Translations under genes and position numbers: made by a program
In this document: piece after piece, positions 1 through 12,898 of the stretch
How the letters are laid out: every line of letters starts with the position of its first letter
Position numbering within the stretch: the first letter of the stretch is position 1
Notes under the pieces: model-generated
The model's input: the letters and a program-made list of their open reading frames with translations, nothing else
Databases searched by the model: none
What the model was told of the DNA's origin: nothing
From: Massalongia carnosa
Lineage: Eukaryota
Length of the DNA: 64,000 nt
Direction: 5' to 3'
NCBI GenBank assembly: GCA_965645245.1
Contig: OZ287068.1
Location: forward strand, 1,860,001 to 1,924,000

Positions 1-2134
1 TTCTCCCGTTTGCTCAAGGCGCTTTTAATGATCGAGAAGCAAAGGAGTGTTTCAATCAGTAATTATCTGGCGAAGGAACTAACGAGCAAATCAGTAAAGG
101 TAGTTGCTTCTACTCGTTCATTTTTGCCATGCTAATTTTGGGTTATTGGTAGACTTTACGAAACCTTCTGATTCATTATGTGAATAGTACAGCTTCTAAC
201 ATCCAATACATGCATGTCCTTCAGGCCCTTCCTGTCTGGCCGCATTTAGGGGCTTCAATCAGCGACTCTTCGAAATATTTACCTGCTAAAACGGCATATT
301 TCTGCCGCCACAACTTGATGCTTATGCCATGGATTAAGGATTTGGAGAACTTCGTAAAGCCAGAGATTCTCGACTCGAGCAAGAATTTTCTGTCAAATAT
401 AAATGTTCATTTCTTGTCAGTTGAGCAGATTTGGGATTATGTCAAGGACGGCTTACCTAAATTTCTCGATACCGCAGGGTTGGAAGAATATGTAGGTTTC
501 GTCCACTGCCTTGCGCAGTCTTCGGTAAGGACAGGATGGTATAAATTAGCTCCGAATGGCGCCGGAGAGTTATGTCATGCATCCTCGCTCTTCGACCATG
601 AAGAACCAATCTTCCTGGCAGCCTTTCGGGAAGAAGAACCGACGAGATACCTAAATCTAAAGCTTCGTGGGCCTTCCCTAAAGTCTTTCTGGGTTTTCAA
701 CGGTCTTAGAACGAATCATTCAGCACGAGGTTTGACTGCCGAAGATTATTTACTATGTGCTGTTGCAATCGAGCGTCGATGGCTGAATAAAACCTTGAGT
801 CAGACATTTTGTCAGGATGCCCAGATTGTGGCAAGTTATCTACGATGGGACAAAGATGTTCAATCTTGGCCCCAAATAACTTGGAACTCCCTTTGTAAAA
901 TTCACATGTTTCGTGTGATCGATGAGTTTTCAGGAGAGCGCGCTTACCGTCGAAACCAAATGCATCAAATCGCCCAGAGGCAGAGCTATCGCTGTCTTGA
1001 GGATATTGCGCAGGATAAATACAAGCCGATTCTCTGGTCTCAATCTGCCTTCTCTCACGAGCCCCCGGCTGATTTCGTCTTCAAGCAGCTACCAAACTGG
1101 GGTTTACCATCAGTGGTGGAAGTGTTTAATCATGTTCAGTTTCTGATTAGCATTTGCACAGATACCGGTCCTGACGGTATGGTCGATTATTTCAAAGATA
1201 TTCAGGCATCCTACACATACTTGCAAGTAAACCAGGCGCATGTACAACTCATTCCCGGCATAAGAGATGTAAGTCTATGGATTAATCTTGATACTACGGA
1301 TATCACCGCCATCTCTGCACGGGATATTGAGCGCAATATATTGCCTGCAAAATCGCTGTGCTTGAACTGTCCAACGGATCCGCTGCCTCTGAAAGTTGCA
1401 CGGAAATTCCTGGTTCCGTACGAGATGCTTCTTAAGGCGCTGGGCTGCGAATCGATCGTTCAGCCCACGATACCGATATCCCTGACAAGTGATTCCGAAC
1501 CACCCATGACAGCAGCTTTGAAGAAAATGCGAGACTTGCGGGACAAGGGGCATCTGGTCGACGTGATTTTCGTGGCCGAAGGTTTTGAGAAGCCGGCTCA
1601 CAAGATATTCATGGCCGCCGTGTCTTCGTACTGTGAGGCACAATTTCTAGGCGAATGGGGCCGTATTCTTCAGCATCCCGCCAAGATCATGATCAGGGAC
1701 ATGAGATTCCGAACGCTCTGCCAGATGGTGGACTTTGCATACATGGGGGTTGTCGAGTGGGCGAACGTACAGGACCCTAACGACAACGACGAAGTAGCAA
1801 CGAAACTCGACGAGTTGCTGGATCTATTGCAAGGTACCGACCGTTGGTTTCTCGGGCGCCTGCACGAAAAGGCGGAAGATCACATCATGAGCCACTCGAA
1901 AGTGTAAGTTCCCCCCCTTAATAGGTCTTTCCCTTGAGATGCTTGAGGATAGCATTCATAAGCGTTTTGCAAAAAGTCGAAAACTGATTCCTGCGCTGCA
2001 GTTTCGTTCGACCCGACAATGTCCTGGACGTCAAGGAGATCGCCGAGGGGGCTCGGGCGTTGCGCTTGATCACTCATTGCGAGGCCTTCATCGAAGCCAA
2101 TAGAGGCTTCGTCGCAGCTTTGTCGAGAATGTGA
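1..2134 (+). CDS. 3' part of a large protein with C-terminal BTB/POZ domain (possibly the fungal sacsin-like + BTB architecture); 5' end outside the window
   Basis: ORF 180-1907 ends in BTB-like DVIFVAEGFEKPAHKIFMAAVSSYC...F...W...LCQMVDFAY. Introns at ~100-152 and 1904-2001 (gtaagt..ctgat..cag). Last exon FVRPDNVLDVKEIA...LSRM* ends at 2134. The sacsin-like call is inference. Confidence 0.75.
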
Positions 2135-3157
2135 ACGCGATTACGATGATTAAAGAGGGGAAGGAGAGGGGAAGGAGAGGGGAAGGAGAGGGGGCAGTTT
2201 GGATATAAGAGTTTCTTAACGTTTACGAAATTAACGAATCGATCCGGCGATGAAAAACCGTCGAGAAAGAACCCGGTTAGCCGGAGAACGCTGCATTCCC
2301 AACAACGAAGTAGGTATTTATTCCTCCATGTATATATATAATATGTATGCATGTGATGTATACGTGGAACATTCATTCCCCATCCCTCTTTCCCACAGAA
2401 ATCTCCACAAATCTCGCGATTATGTAAATGTAACAAACATAACGTAGAGAAATAGAAGAAAAGAAGAGAAAAGGAGGCGAGGAAAATAAAGAGATATTTT
2501 TTTAAAGAAGAATAGAAAGAGGAATAGGAAGAGGAATAGAAAGAGGAATAGAAAGAGAAATGAATAAAATAATGATTTCTCCTCTCTCTCTCTCTCTTAA
2601 TTTTTTTATACATAGCTAGACAGCTGTTCTTTTTCAGCTAGGTGGTATAATATCTATCTACACACTATACCTACTCCCTAATTTGACCGATCCAATCCGA
2701 GAATCAGATTATCTTCCCGGGTATGTAATCCACCCAAATTGCGAATCTGTTGGTCGATCAATTCAATCCAATCCCCAGTTAGCCGATCACCCACCCACCA
2801 ACCAAACGAGCGAAAGCGGTAAAGGAAGAAAGAACGAAAAATGGCCATGTATATAGATAGGAGTTCATGCTGCAAAAGATGTAGGTCGGTCACACGCGCG
2901 GACGAATTCGCAAATAGGGAGAGCGAGAAGCGAAGGATTCGAGGGTTGGAGGTTGAGGATTCGCAAAACCTCCTAGGAGGATGGTTCGCGATTCTTATAA
3001 TTTAGCGGTCACGGTGTCGTGTCGAGGTTCGTGTCAATAGGCGTCTAAATGTAGACCAGGTAGATCAGGTAGATCAGGTAGCTTCCTCCCCTGACAGCGA
3101 TCCCACTTACCTACCCGCGCGTTCCCTCGTTTTTTTAGGAACTCCCCCCCCAATCCA

Positions 3158-5150
3158 TTAGCCTCGCCAGCCTTGTAGGATCTCCGCCGCAATCTTCTCC
3201 GCCAACGCATAAACCGTCGTCTGGGGATGTCCCGGGGTGAGAAAGGGAAAAGCGCTGATGTCGACGACGCGCAACCTCTTGGTGCCAAACACGCGCGCGG
3301 AGCTGTCCACGACGGCCATAGGGTCCTGGGCGACGCCCATCTTGCACGTGGCGGCCGCGTGCCAGGCTTGGATCAGGCTTTGGCGAATATGGTCGATGAT
3401 CTCGGCGTTGGCAGTCACGTTGGCGCCGGGAAGGTATTCCTGTCCGACGGTGAGCCCTTGGTCGGCCAGGACCTTCCACATCTGACGGAGCCGCCGGGAG
3501 GATTGCACGGCCAGCTCCACGTCAGCGGGGTGAGTGAGCCAGTTTGGGTTGATGAGCGGGGGGGTCGTCATGTTGGGACTTTGGATCGAGATGTTGCCGC
3601 GCGACAGCGAGGAGACGACAGCCGCGTTGAGTTCGGCATAATTGTACCCATCATAGGAATCGCCGGCCTCGTTTTGCCGGAAGCCGTTATAACCGCTTGC
3701 GGAAAGGTATTCCACTTCCGGCCAATCGGCGGGGAAATTCCCGTCCAGAGCGCTCCGGGAGGAAAAGCGGAGAGGCGGGAGCGGTACGGGTCCGGAAGTT
3801 TCTCCCAGCCGTAGCAGCCCGCGCCAAACACGGAAAAGCCGGCCCGTGGCGTTGACGAAAAAGGCTTCCGCTGCGGCCACTCCCGAAGCAGGGTTGTTGA
3901 TGGAGGCGGATGCGGTGGGGATGTTGACGCGGTAAGCGATGCCATAGATGGCGTGATCCCACAGATTCTGCCCGACGCCTGCCAGATCCTTGAGCACACG
4001 GATGCCGTACTTGTCCAACGTAGCACGGGGGCCAATGCCCGATACCATGAGCAGTTGGGGGGACTGAAACGCCCCAGCCGAAACGATGACTTCTTTGCGC
4101 GCGGTCAAGACTTAATTGACGGAGGGGGTACCGAAAGTGCCCGCCGTCGTGACGGCGACGCTCGTGGCGGAGTTTGTGGAATTAAATAAAATGCGCTGTA
4201 CAAGCGTATTCTTGTGAACGACAAGCGAGTTGCCTTTTCGAATTGCATCTTGCAGAAAACTCGATTCCGATCACGAACGATGCGCGTTCCTAGGGTCGAT
4301 GGTGAAGGTCGCGAAAGCGGATCCTAGCAGCTTCCTGCTTTTGAATCCATCAATCTGCTTCAGACCGACCGCTTTGAAGACGCGTTGAGCCCATGTACCA
4401 AAGGGTCCACGAAGTTGCTGAAGGACACTTGGAGAGGCCCGCCGCTTGAACTAAACGCAGTCCGGCATTTGACTGTTGGAGCTATCTGTATGCAGAGCCT
4501 GATTGGGGGGGGTATAGTGCACCGATTTCTTGAAATAAGGCAAGAGGTTTGGGAACGTGCAACTTTGAGCACCAACCTCGTCGGCCCATTTTTGATAGGT
4601 ATCAACTGTGCCTCTGGAGCACACTAGATCAGCGAAGTTTTGTCAGTCTCCGAGATGGTGGTGCACCTGTGGTAGACATGAAATTCCGCGCTAAGGAACC
4701 TCCCAACGTCTTGCCACGGGCGTAATGTATCTTCCTGTTTTTGGCGCCCTATGCATTCAGCTTTCGGCGCATTCCACGTGGGGCTCCCGTTGCACCTACC
4801 GCTTGCGGCGTGGTAACAAACCCCCAGTCAATCAGAGGCTGAAAGTCCATTGGATCCGACCCGGAGTAGAACCCTCCCAGGGCTGGAACCACATTGCGCT
4901 CCCCATTGTCCACTTCGTAGAACCCTCCGGCCTCAACGACGGCCACGGTGAGGGAAGGATCCTCTGTTAATCTCGCGGCAATCGTCAGGTCGGCGGTACC
5001 ACCACCCACAATCACATAGTCGTAGGAAGCGTCGATGCCGGGAACCCCGAACGAGGTCCCTAATATTCGACCACGCTGGCCATCATCGAAGAGATTCGTA
5101 CATGTAGCGACCGAGGAGAGCAGAAGCCACGGGAAGGTCTGGGGACGCAT
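3158..5150 (-). pseudogene. Secreted GMC oxidoreductase pseudogene
   Basis: Signal-peptide-like start; YDYVIVGGGTAD, VAVVEAG, YARGKTLGGS, ARKEVIVSAGAFQSPQLLMVSGIG, VGQNLWDH, WHAAATCKMG, LRVVDISAFP..PGHP. In-frame stops at 4273-4271 (TGA) and 4114-4112 (TAA). Frameshifts near 4670, 4400, 3840 and 3770. Confidence 0.88.
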
Positions 5151-5468
5151 CTTGACCTTTTTAACGAGGAGCGCAACCGGAAGGCTCCCGATTTAAATGG
5201 CCAGTTGCCTTGCTATTTCCTCGTTCCTCGACGGGGAAATAATCATATTACCCCTCTCCATAGCTACAGAGTAGACGATGATTGCTGATCGATGATCAGT
5301 GATCCCAAGAGCGGCAAAGCAATCGCCCGTAGATTTCTCGTGCTGCGTGCATGTTGGGTGGTGAAGGCTTGGTAGGAAGTACGTTTGGGAGGTTTTTCTT
5401 TTCGTTTTCTTTTTTTTTTACTCGAGCAAGCAGCGACTAACCGGGTAAGGTGGAGGAAGCAGAGAGTA

Positions 5469-7172
5469 CGAAGGATGACGCTGAAAGACCTTGCTAACGC
5501 TAAATATGCAGTTAAAAAAGCCACTTTACATGGGTATATTTGCATGGATAGATATTTATTACATATCAATCAATCGAATAATCGCATGAAACTATTTAGA
5601 GTTACCACCTCCATCATCTTTATCACTCACATTCATCGCTGTCAGTGCTTTTTCGTTTGAGATGAGCGCGATGATATCGAAAACGGCGATCTTCTTTATT
5701 ATACGGTCGTACGACTCCGATCTCTCTACCTTCTCTATACTCGTTACCTCCGTCCAACAATATCACCTCGTCAACATGTCGCTTTATACGTTCAATCCAG
5801 GACTGAATTCTTTTCTGCCTCAACTCCTCCGTCCAGCACTTTGTCCAGGCCTTTTCAGCCTCAATACGAGTCCGCGGAGCACCTAATCGAGTGGTTCTTC
5901 GCTTCATCCAGAACCAACAAGGCTCGATCATGTTCAGATCAGGAGAATTTCCAGGCCATAACAGACGCATGACGTTGAAATCCATAAAGATCAGATTTTG
6001 ATGTTTGGATGCGTGACTGGGGGCCTTGTCTTCCTGTACGATAGTGTTTGGTCGATCTATCATACATTCTTTTGCAAACGGAAGAAGCTTAGGAATTAAG
6101 ACGAGTTTTGATAACGATACCAGTCCACACCTCCCTTGCCATCTCGAACGACTTTACCGTGTGTTTTATCCCATTTCCAGATAGGTTTTCGACCTCCTGG
6201 ATTACGTAGCTTCATTCGTCTCATGCTAGTTTCTAACTCCCAATTCTCTTTAGCTTCTGATTCTAAAGTCTCATTGAGTTTATCTAACTCAATTTGAGCC
6301 TCTCTTTTCTCTTTTGCAGTCTCTGTTTTCCAGATATGAAAAGGTCCTTTCTTATCGTACGAAAAACAGCCCCAAAACAAAAACTCGGAGCATCCTTTCC
6401 ATCTACGTCGAATACACGTTTTAGCATACATTTCTTTCGAGGTACGCCACTAAGTCTTCTTCCACGTCTAGAACCCAATATAATGCTTGTTTCGTCAGTC
6501 CATATAACGTTCTTCCAATCATCAATAGTCCAGTGCTGATATCGCAAACAAAATTGCAGTCGAGCCTCTTTCATGATCGAATCTAGACCTGGCTTTTTCG
6601 TGCTTTTACAGGGGCGAAACCCATTCTGTTTAAGCGTACGAAGTATAGTAGTGGAGGAGAGTTTATGATCAAAGCCAATCATAGCTGATGATTTTTCTCT
6701 GCTATTTCGATCTTGCACTACATTATTCAATATAGCTTGCTCTACCTCCGATGTAACCTTTTTAGGTCGTCCTGAACGAGGTGCATCTTCTATGTATTCT
6801 ACTTTTAAAACACGAGATACAGTTGGATCATATCCACGCTGTCGTGCTTTGATTTTGAGAGCTGAAATCGAGCTTGTGGAGACTCCAGTCACTTCTTGCA
6901 CGATTTTCGCCGCAATTCCGTGTTCTACAAGCGCTAAAGCCTGTATTCTTTGTGCAATCGTGAGACTATTGCTCTGTGCATTGGGCATGATAATGATGAT
7001 GATTAAAACCTTCTACTGAATATCAGATGTAGTAGTACTGTCTTTTTGACGAAGAGAACAGAAGCAATTCGAGATTTTCTAGACTATTTTAGTACTGTAT
7101 TCCCCTTGTAAGCTAATAAACACTAATGCACGTCTCATGTACGCTAGCAAGGACTTTCAGCGTCATCCTTCG
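5469..7172 (-). mobile_element. Tc1/mariner DNA transposon (Tc1/impala-like, DD34E), 1704 bp
   Basis: Left TIR cgaaggatgacgctgaaagaccttgctaacg (5469-5499) matches the reverse complement of 7142-7172 with 2 mismatches. TA on both flanks (5467-5468, 7173-7174). Confidence 0.95.
5623..6988 (-). pseudogene. Tc1-like transposase split by two 1-nt frameshifts
   Basis: N-terminal HTH with PRSGRPKK; WKNVIWTDET (D1), VQEDKAPSH (D2), WPGNSPDLNMIE (E); 34 residues between D2 and E. Frame changes at ~6450 and ~6107. Confidence 0.9.
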
Positions 7173-9542
7173 TACCTGTACCGAATATCGAGTACCTGTA
7201 TCGAATATGTACCGAGTACCATTAGGGAGTATTCAGTAACCCAAGTTACTCTGTACCTCGATAGCGGCTCTGGAGTTCAGGTTACGTTACTCCTACACTG
7301 TACTCCGTACGCTGTATCTTACCACCTTTACCACCTTACCTAGGCAGGTCGGTGACCTCCCAGAGTACGAAAACAGAACAACATACATGTCACTGTGTTG
7401 ACTTTTGGTGCCCGAGGTTAGAGTCGCCCTACCAAGTTATAACCCCACTCTACGGAAAACGAAACCCTTGTCCGAATGCAGAACCTTGTCAAGCATCTTG
7501 ACTAACCCTGATCGGATGCCAGTACGGAGTACGACCGATGAACCGCCCATCTGTACTCTGTACTCTATACGGAACAGATTCACCGCTTATCTTGAGTCCC
7601 CGACCCGACCAGGCATACAAAAGATTCTCCACACTCCACATGCATTGGAAGCGAGTGGTGCCCAATCACCAGCGAGCGGGATACCCACTCCGCATCGAGT
7701 ACTCCGTACCGAACGACTCTGTACTCGCTACAACTAAATGAAGGGGTAGGCATGCTCTGTACTCATTCTCTGTAACTACAGAGTACCGCGTTCGCACAGC
7801 CATCGTCAAATAGCCATATGGCACTCGGTAGCGCCAGGCTTTGTTGGAATGGAGAATGGAGGAAATTGGGTGATCTGCACCCAAATCCTTCGCCTTTCAA
7901 GCCTTTCAAGCCTTTCAAGCTCCGAGACAGATCGATCAGCTCAATCAATACTCTCTCCATCCTGACCTAGACCCAGACCGCATCGGTCTTCTTCAATGCC
8001 GACGCGATTACGTAAAGAAAGGTACAGCGTACGTGGTGATCTGTATCTGTATCTCCCAAGTTCATGTGAGTGTAAACTAGCCTTTCCCCTCACCCCACAC
8101 CCTCAGTTGCACACGCCAAGGAATTAGTAAGCGTACCCGATGTGATCAATGGTTTCCATTTCTCGATGTGTAATTCGATTGAACAGCATGATCGTTGTCG
8201 ATCACATCATTTCGAGTTCGTGCATGGAATCAGCGTTCGATTACGTAACCACATTGTGGCACATTGTGGGGTCAAGGAGACTGTCGTCGCCAGATATGGT
8301 TTCGGAATAAACCGATGCGCTGATCGATAACTAAATTAGCGGCGGGACGCTGAGGAAGTGATTCCGGAGTAGAGTAGCGTGTTACAAAGTTACAAATGGG
8401 GGTAAATACGAGCACAGTTACTTCATCGAGTGAGTGAGGGAACAGCCATCGTTCGACTCGCGTGGCGATTCCCGGCTTCCGGGGACCCGGGGCGACCCTA
8501 AGAAACGAACGATCTAAATAAGCTTTAACGGATCGAGAGTGCTTTTGGATCCTTCGCCTCGGTCCGCTTGATGGATGGTTCCATAATACAGAGTACGTAC
8601 ATGCACAGTACGTACATACCGGGTACTATACGACGTAGGTGGTCAACCATCAGGCCGCACCCAATGCCTAGGCCGCAACTCTGCAAAGGGTTTTAGGGGT
8701 CTCGTCAGGCGTGGCGATCCTTTAGCGAGACGCGCAAATCAACATCGGAATGTCCTTCGAATGAACGTTCAGAGATGAGAGATGGACGGCTTGTAGCTGC
8801 ATTGCCTGGTAGTCGAACTAGGGAAGGGAGATGGTAGTGAATACTAACGTCGTCAACTCGTGAAGCAGATTTCGATGCTGCAGAACTTACCGTATGAACG
8901 AGGAACAAGTGCCCAAACGATCTGGAAAGCGTCAGCCAATATCCAACGAGATGTGAGAACAAAATCAGACCCGATCCTGGAACTTGGTTAGAGATGTGAA
9001 AAGAGGACGCCCTGTTGCTTGGCATAGAATTCGTCCGTAAAACGACGTGGCGTCTGAGACAGAATGTCCCCACTGTTTCCAGACATTAGACCAAAAAGCG
9101 TCCCCCTTCGAGAACAACATTTTCTGGTGTCAAAATCACAGCGTTAGTATCTCCTAGCCAATCATTTTGCTGATCTAATGGTGAATTCTTAATACTGTAC
9201 TCCGTCCCGACAGAGTAACCCCTTACGTTCGTTCTCCCCTGCCCTCAAAAAACTCGAAGAATAAACCCAATACCTATGAACGAATGAACACATGATATGG
9301 CTGTAAGTATGCCGCTAGAACCGTTTCCCTGCATTGGGATGGCTTCGAGTACCTACATGTTAAGCGCAATACCCATGCTTCAGTATGGGGATGATGGAAG
9401 GATGGGTGAACTACGATTCATCTTCGCTGTTTGGCAATTCTGTTTCTGATGTATCTCTTCTTGTTCACGTTTTCTAATATTTCCTGTCAAGAACGATTGA
9501 AAACGGTTGAGATCGAAAAGCCGTCGCTCAAAGACAACAAAG

Positions 9543-10931
9543 ATGACGGAGCCCAATCCAACCTTGGTGGCCACGGCGAATCCGTACGGGGGTCGAGGAC
9601 CGTTACTCATGGGCGTTACCTGGACCATGGCTGCTATTGCGATCTTGCTCATGATTCTGCGAACATATACCAACGCCGCCATTGTCAAACACTTTAGCTG
9701 GGATTATGCATGGGCCCTCACAACGTTGGTGAGTTGGCATGTTTTCCTAACGCATGGGTGCCCGGCGGACCAGAGTTGATGTGCGGAATGGCCAGGCGTC
9801 GGCGTTGCTCGGGCAGTCGATGAACACAGTCGCCACGAGCTCCGGCTTGGGAAATCACCTTTCCATTCTCACCCATCCACAGACGGTATCGGCCCTTAAG
9901 TGGGACTGGCTAGGGCAAGTTGTGATTCTAAACGCCATCGGATTTGGGAAAATAGCTGTCTGTGCTTTTCTCCTTCGCATTCAAGATCGCACCCACTCCA
10001 AGGGAAAATGGTTTCTTTACTTCATCGCTGTCAGCATGATCATTGTCAACTTCAATTCATCCATTCAGATGATGACGCAATGCACACCTCTTGCTCATCA
10101 ATGGGATCGCTTGCGTCCCGGCTCGTGTGATCATATTCAAAGAACTGCGCGCCTTGGGTATTTTTCAGGAAGTATGTTTGCGCGAACACTTCATCCACTT
10201 CTTAAGCCACGAGCAGGCGCTGACGTGATAATGAGAATAGGTTGGGCAGCGGCCAGCGATATTGCGCTTGCCGTCTACCCAATCTTTGCGTTCGGAAATC
10301 TGCGGATGTCCTGGAAGGTGAAGACAGGTATATTCCTACTTCTGGGCGGAGGGGTGCTGTCAGTACCATCAACCATTTCTAAACCACGTTGTCGGAAGGG
10401 GGGGGCGCTGACAAGGCAAACGTCAATGTAGTGCCAGCATATCGTCAATCATCAAAACCGTTCATATCAGGCTGATTGCATTAACTACGGATATCACGTG
10501 TGAGCAATTTCTCTCCCTCTCTGCGCCCGTATCTATTCTGTTTTCCATTATGGGTTGCTAAATGGTCGGAATCTGAAGACGGCATTACTGACCTGGTCTT
10601 TTGGGGCCTGGTGGAATGCTGGTTGGTCCTTATCCTCGGGTCCCTACCGCCCCTTCGTTCCCTTTTCATTCATGTCCATGAGCACATCTCGTCAACCGCG
10701 TCACGCTCCCGCCGCACCACCCAAGGCTATCGACGTTCCACCACCGATAAGGTAATCCCTATGTATGCCCGCAGCAAGGGTCCCACTGGCGATGAGAGCC
10801 ACGAGAGCGAAGAGTACATTGTGGGCGACGTCGGCATCACGAAAACCACGGAAATTCACATTACCCGGGAAGGCAAAAGGGTGGATGATGATGACAAGAA
10901 GGCATATAATCCTGTAGGGTCGGAAGTTTGA
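9543..10931 (+). CDS. PTH11-like / fungal rhodopsin-domain integral membrane protein (5 exons)
   Basis: Hydrophobic helices with LRTYT..FSWDYA, GLGNH, GFGKIAVCAFLLRI, QCTPLAHQWD....GSC, SDIALAVYP, W...E....I.GS.P.LR. Introns start at ~9729, 10172, ~10359 and ~10499. Confidence 0.85.
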
Positions 10932-11472
10932 TCGTGTGATGCATGCAGGTGGAGTTGGAAATTTCCAGAAAGCCGTGTCTAAAACCGTCCAAAACAGCGT
11001 ACATTGACCTTTTACCTTGCCCTCATAACGATATGCGCATATGGGAAATATCGCTGTTTTCCTCTAGTTGCGTGGCATCTTGTCAGGATGGATAGAAACC
11101 TCGTGACCGGTAACCAAAAGTCTTGATGGGAACGACGAATTGTGACATTTAAACAAACCACCAGAGAAGAAAAAAAACATCGTGCGCAATTGAACTTTTA
11201 TGGAAAATATGCAATTGGTTTGTCGCATGAATTTTATGATTCCACTTAATAGTCGAGACTCTTCATTTCCACTCCGCCTGTCCCAACCTGACACTGATGC
11301 AATAGAAACCTGAGAGAAGATGAGGGGCAAAGGTTCTCCTGAACAAAGCAGGAGTGTGATGCTGACACAATAAGTCACACATAGGATGAGGATGGAGTAC
11401 AAGGTTGTAGAACAAATTCGTGATGATCAGAAACTTGGTCTGAAACCAGAGCGTTTACTGGGATTTTTGGTA

Positions 11473-12898
11473 ACGTAATTCACCGCTATTCGGAACACCC
11501 GCTTATTCGGAACTAACAAATTTGATACCACCCTTCGTAATTTTTTATCACCGCCGCATCCGCAAAATTTCTAGCACATGTACTCGGGAATTGATGAACA
11601 GGTTCTAGTGAATATATATAGCTAGCATAAGCTTGTAGAGCTACATTTTACGAGTGTTACAGATGACACGACCGCGCGAGCTAACCCGAACCTCTAAAAC
11701 TTCCTACTTCTCCCCCTTTCCTACTATTTCCACATCACCTTGTACCAACCTAGTGATGTTTTTCTTTCTTGGTATACCTTTTCCTTTATTTCGAGCAGTT
11801 TTTTTAAACCCTAGGTCACCCTTAACTGTCTCCTTAAAAATATTAGGTATAATCTGAATAAGGTCGTGAAAAGCGTTTTGAAAGATAGAATCGTCACGTT
11901 TCTTATTTTTAAGTAAAGATCAAGATGTTACAAGATCAGGCACGTATATTAGGTCGGGTTCAAATCGCATTAGGTCTTTAGATACCTGAAAAAATAGTCG
12001 ATCGTTCTGTTTTTCTTTCCTTACCTATGATCTAGCCTCTTTCTCCTTTTTCCTATTTTCAGTTAGTTGTCTTCTTTTCTCCACATCTTCTAAACTCAGT
12101 CCGCGATCCCCTTGAACATCGTATTGAGTGCCCGTACGATGAGGTCGTTGTTTTTCTCGTGTATTGGCTGCTAAAAGCTCCGTATTAGTACGATTCAAGA
12201 CAATACGATCAGTCATAGCAAGCCTAGCTGCTTTAAGGGTTTTTTGTAGAAGAGTAAGCTTAGAAGAATCAAGAGTCTGATGGCGAAATAGTAATATAAA
12301 CTCCTCAACCTCTGAGACTTGTTCTATGTTTCCTGATATTGGTGATATTTGGCCTTAAAGATAACGCGTTTGAATAAGAGTACTAGCGCTAGGTAGAGTG
12401 TCATCGTCTATATAAGGCTTAGCTGATGTTTTGTCAAAGGCGGAGTCTAGTAGCTCTAACCCAGCTCTGAAGAGATCCCTCCTCCTCGGGCGTTAACCTC
12501 TGCTTTGTAGTAACGTACGATACCTGGTCCTGGCGACCGTTTATTCTGGGATACAATGTTGTTTTCGGTACCGCATGAAGTCAAGCAGCTTGCGTAATAG
12601 ATAACGACCCTTCTGCCTTCTCATAGACCTTAACTGCCTATTTTAAATGTTCTCTAACCTCGTCTTTCAAGGTAGTACGCAATCCCGATTTTGTAACTCG
12701 AAACTGCCGGGAAGAAGCCATTTCAGCGGTGTACTTTATCGATGATCGGCTATTATAATAATCATAATACCCTTTGCCTTATTAAATCAGTTTTAGGGTT
12801 TTCTTCAATAGGTTGTAGAAGAGATAATGGTTGCAAGTAAGTTTCGTGGTTTTGTTAGTTCCGAATAAGCGGGTGTTCCGAATACGGGTGAATTACGT
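11473..12898 (-). mobile_element. Internally deleted, degenerate Fot1/pogo-type DNA transposon, 1426 bp
   Basis: ~48-bp TIRs (acgtaattcaccgctattcggaacacccgcttattcggaactaacaaa, and its near-perfect inverse at 12851-12898) flanked by TA. The minus strand keeps a psq-type HTH (SITQAA*LHAVPKTTLYPRING...QRLTPEEE, ~12610-12480) and a C-terminal fragment (NTELLAANTREKQR). No DDE core. Confidence 0.9.

Noticed and set aside
2074..2613. 179-aa hydrophobic ORF on the minus strand
   Set aside because: Product of GA-rich low-complexity and (CT)n repeats downstream of the BTB gene.
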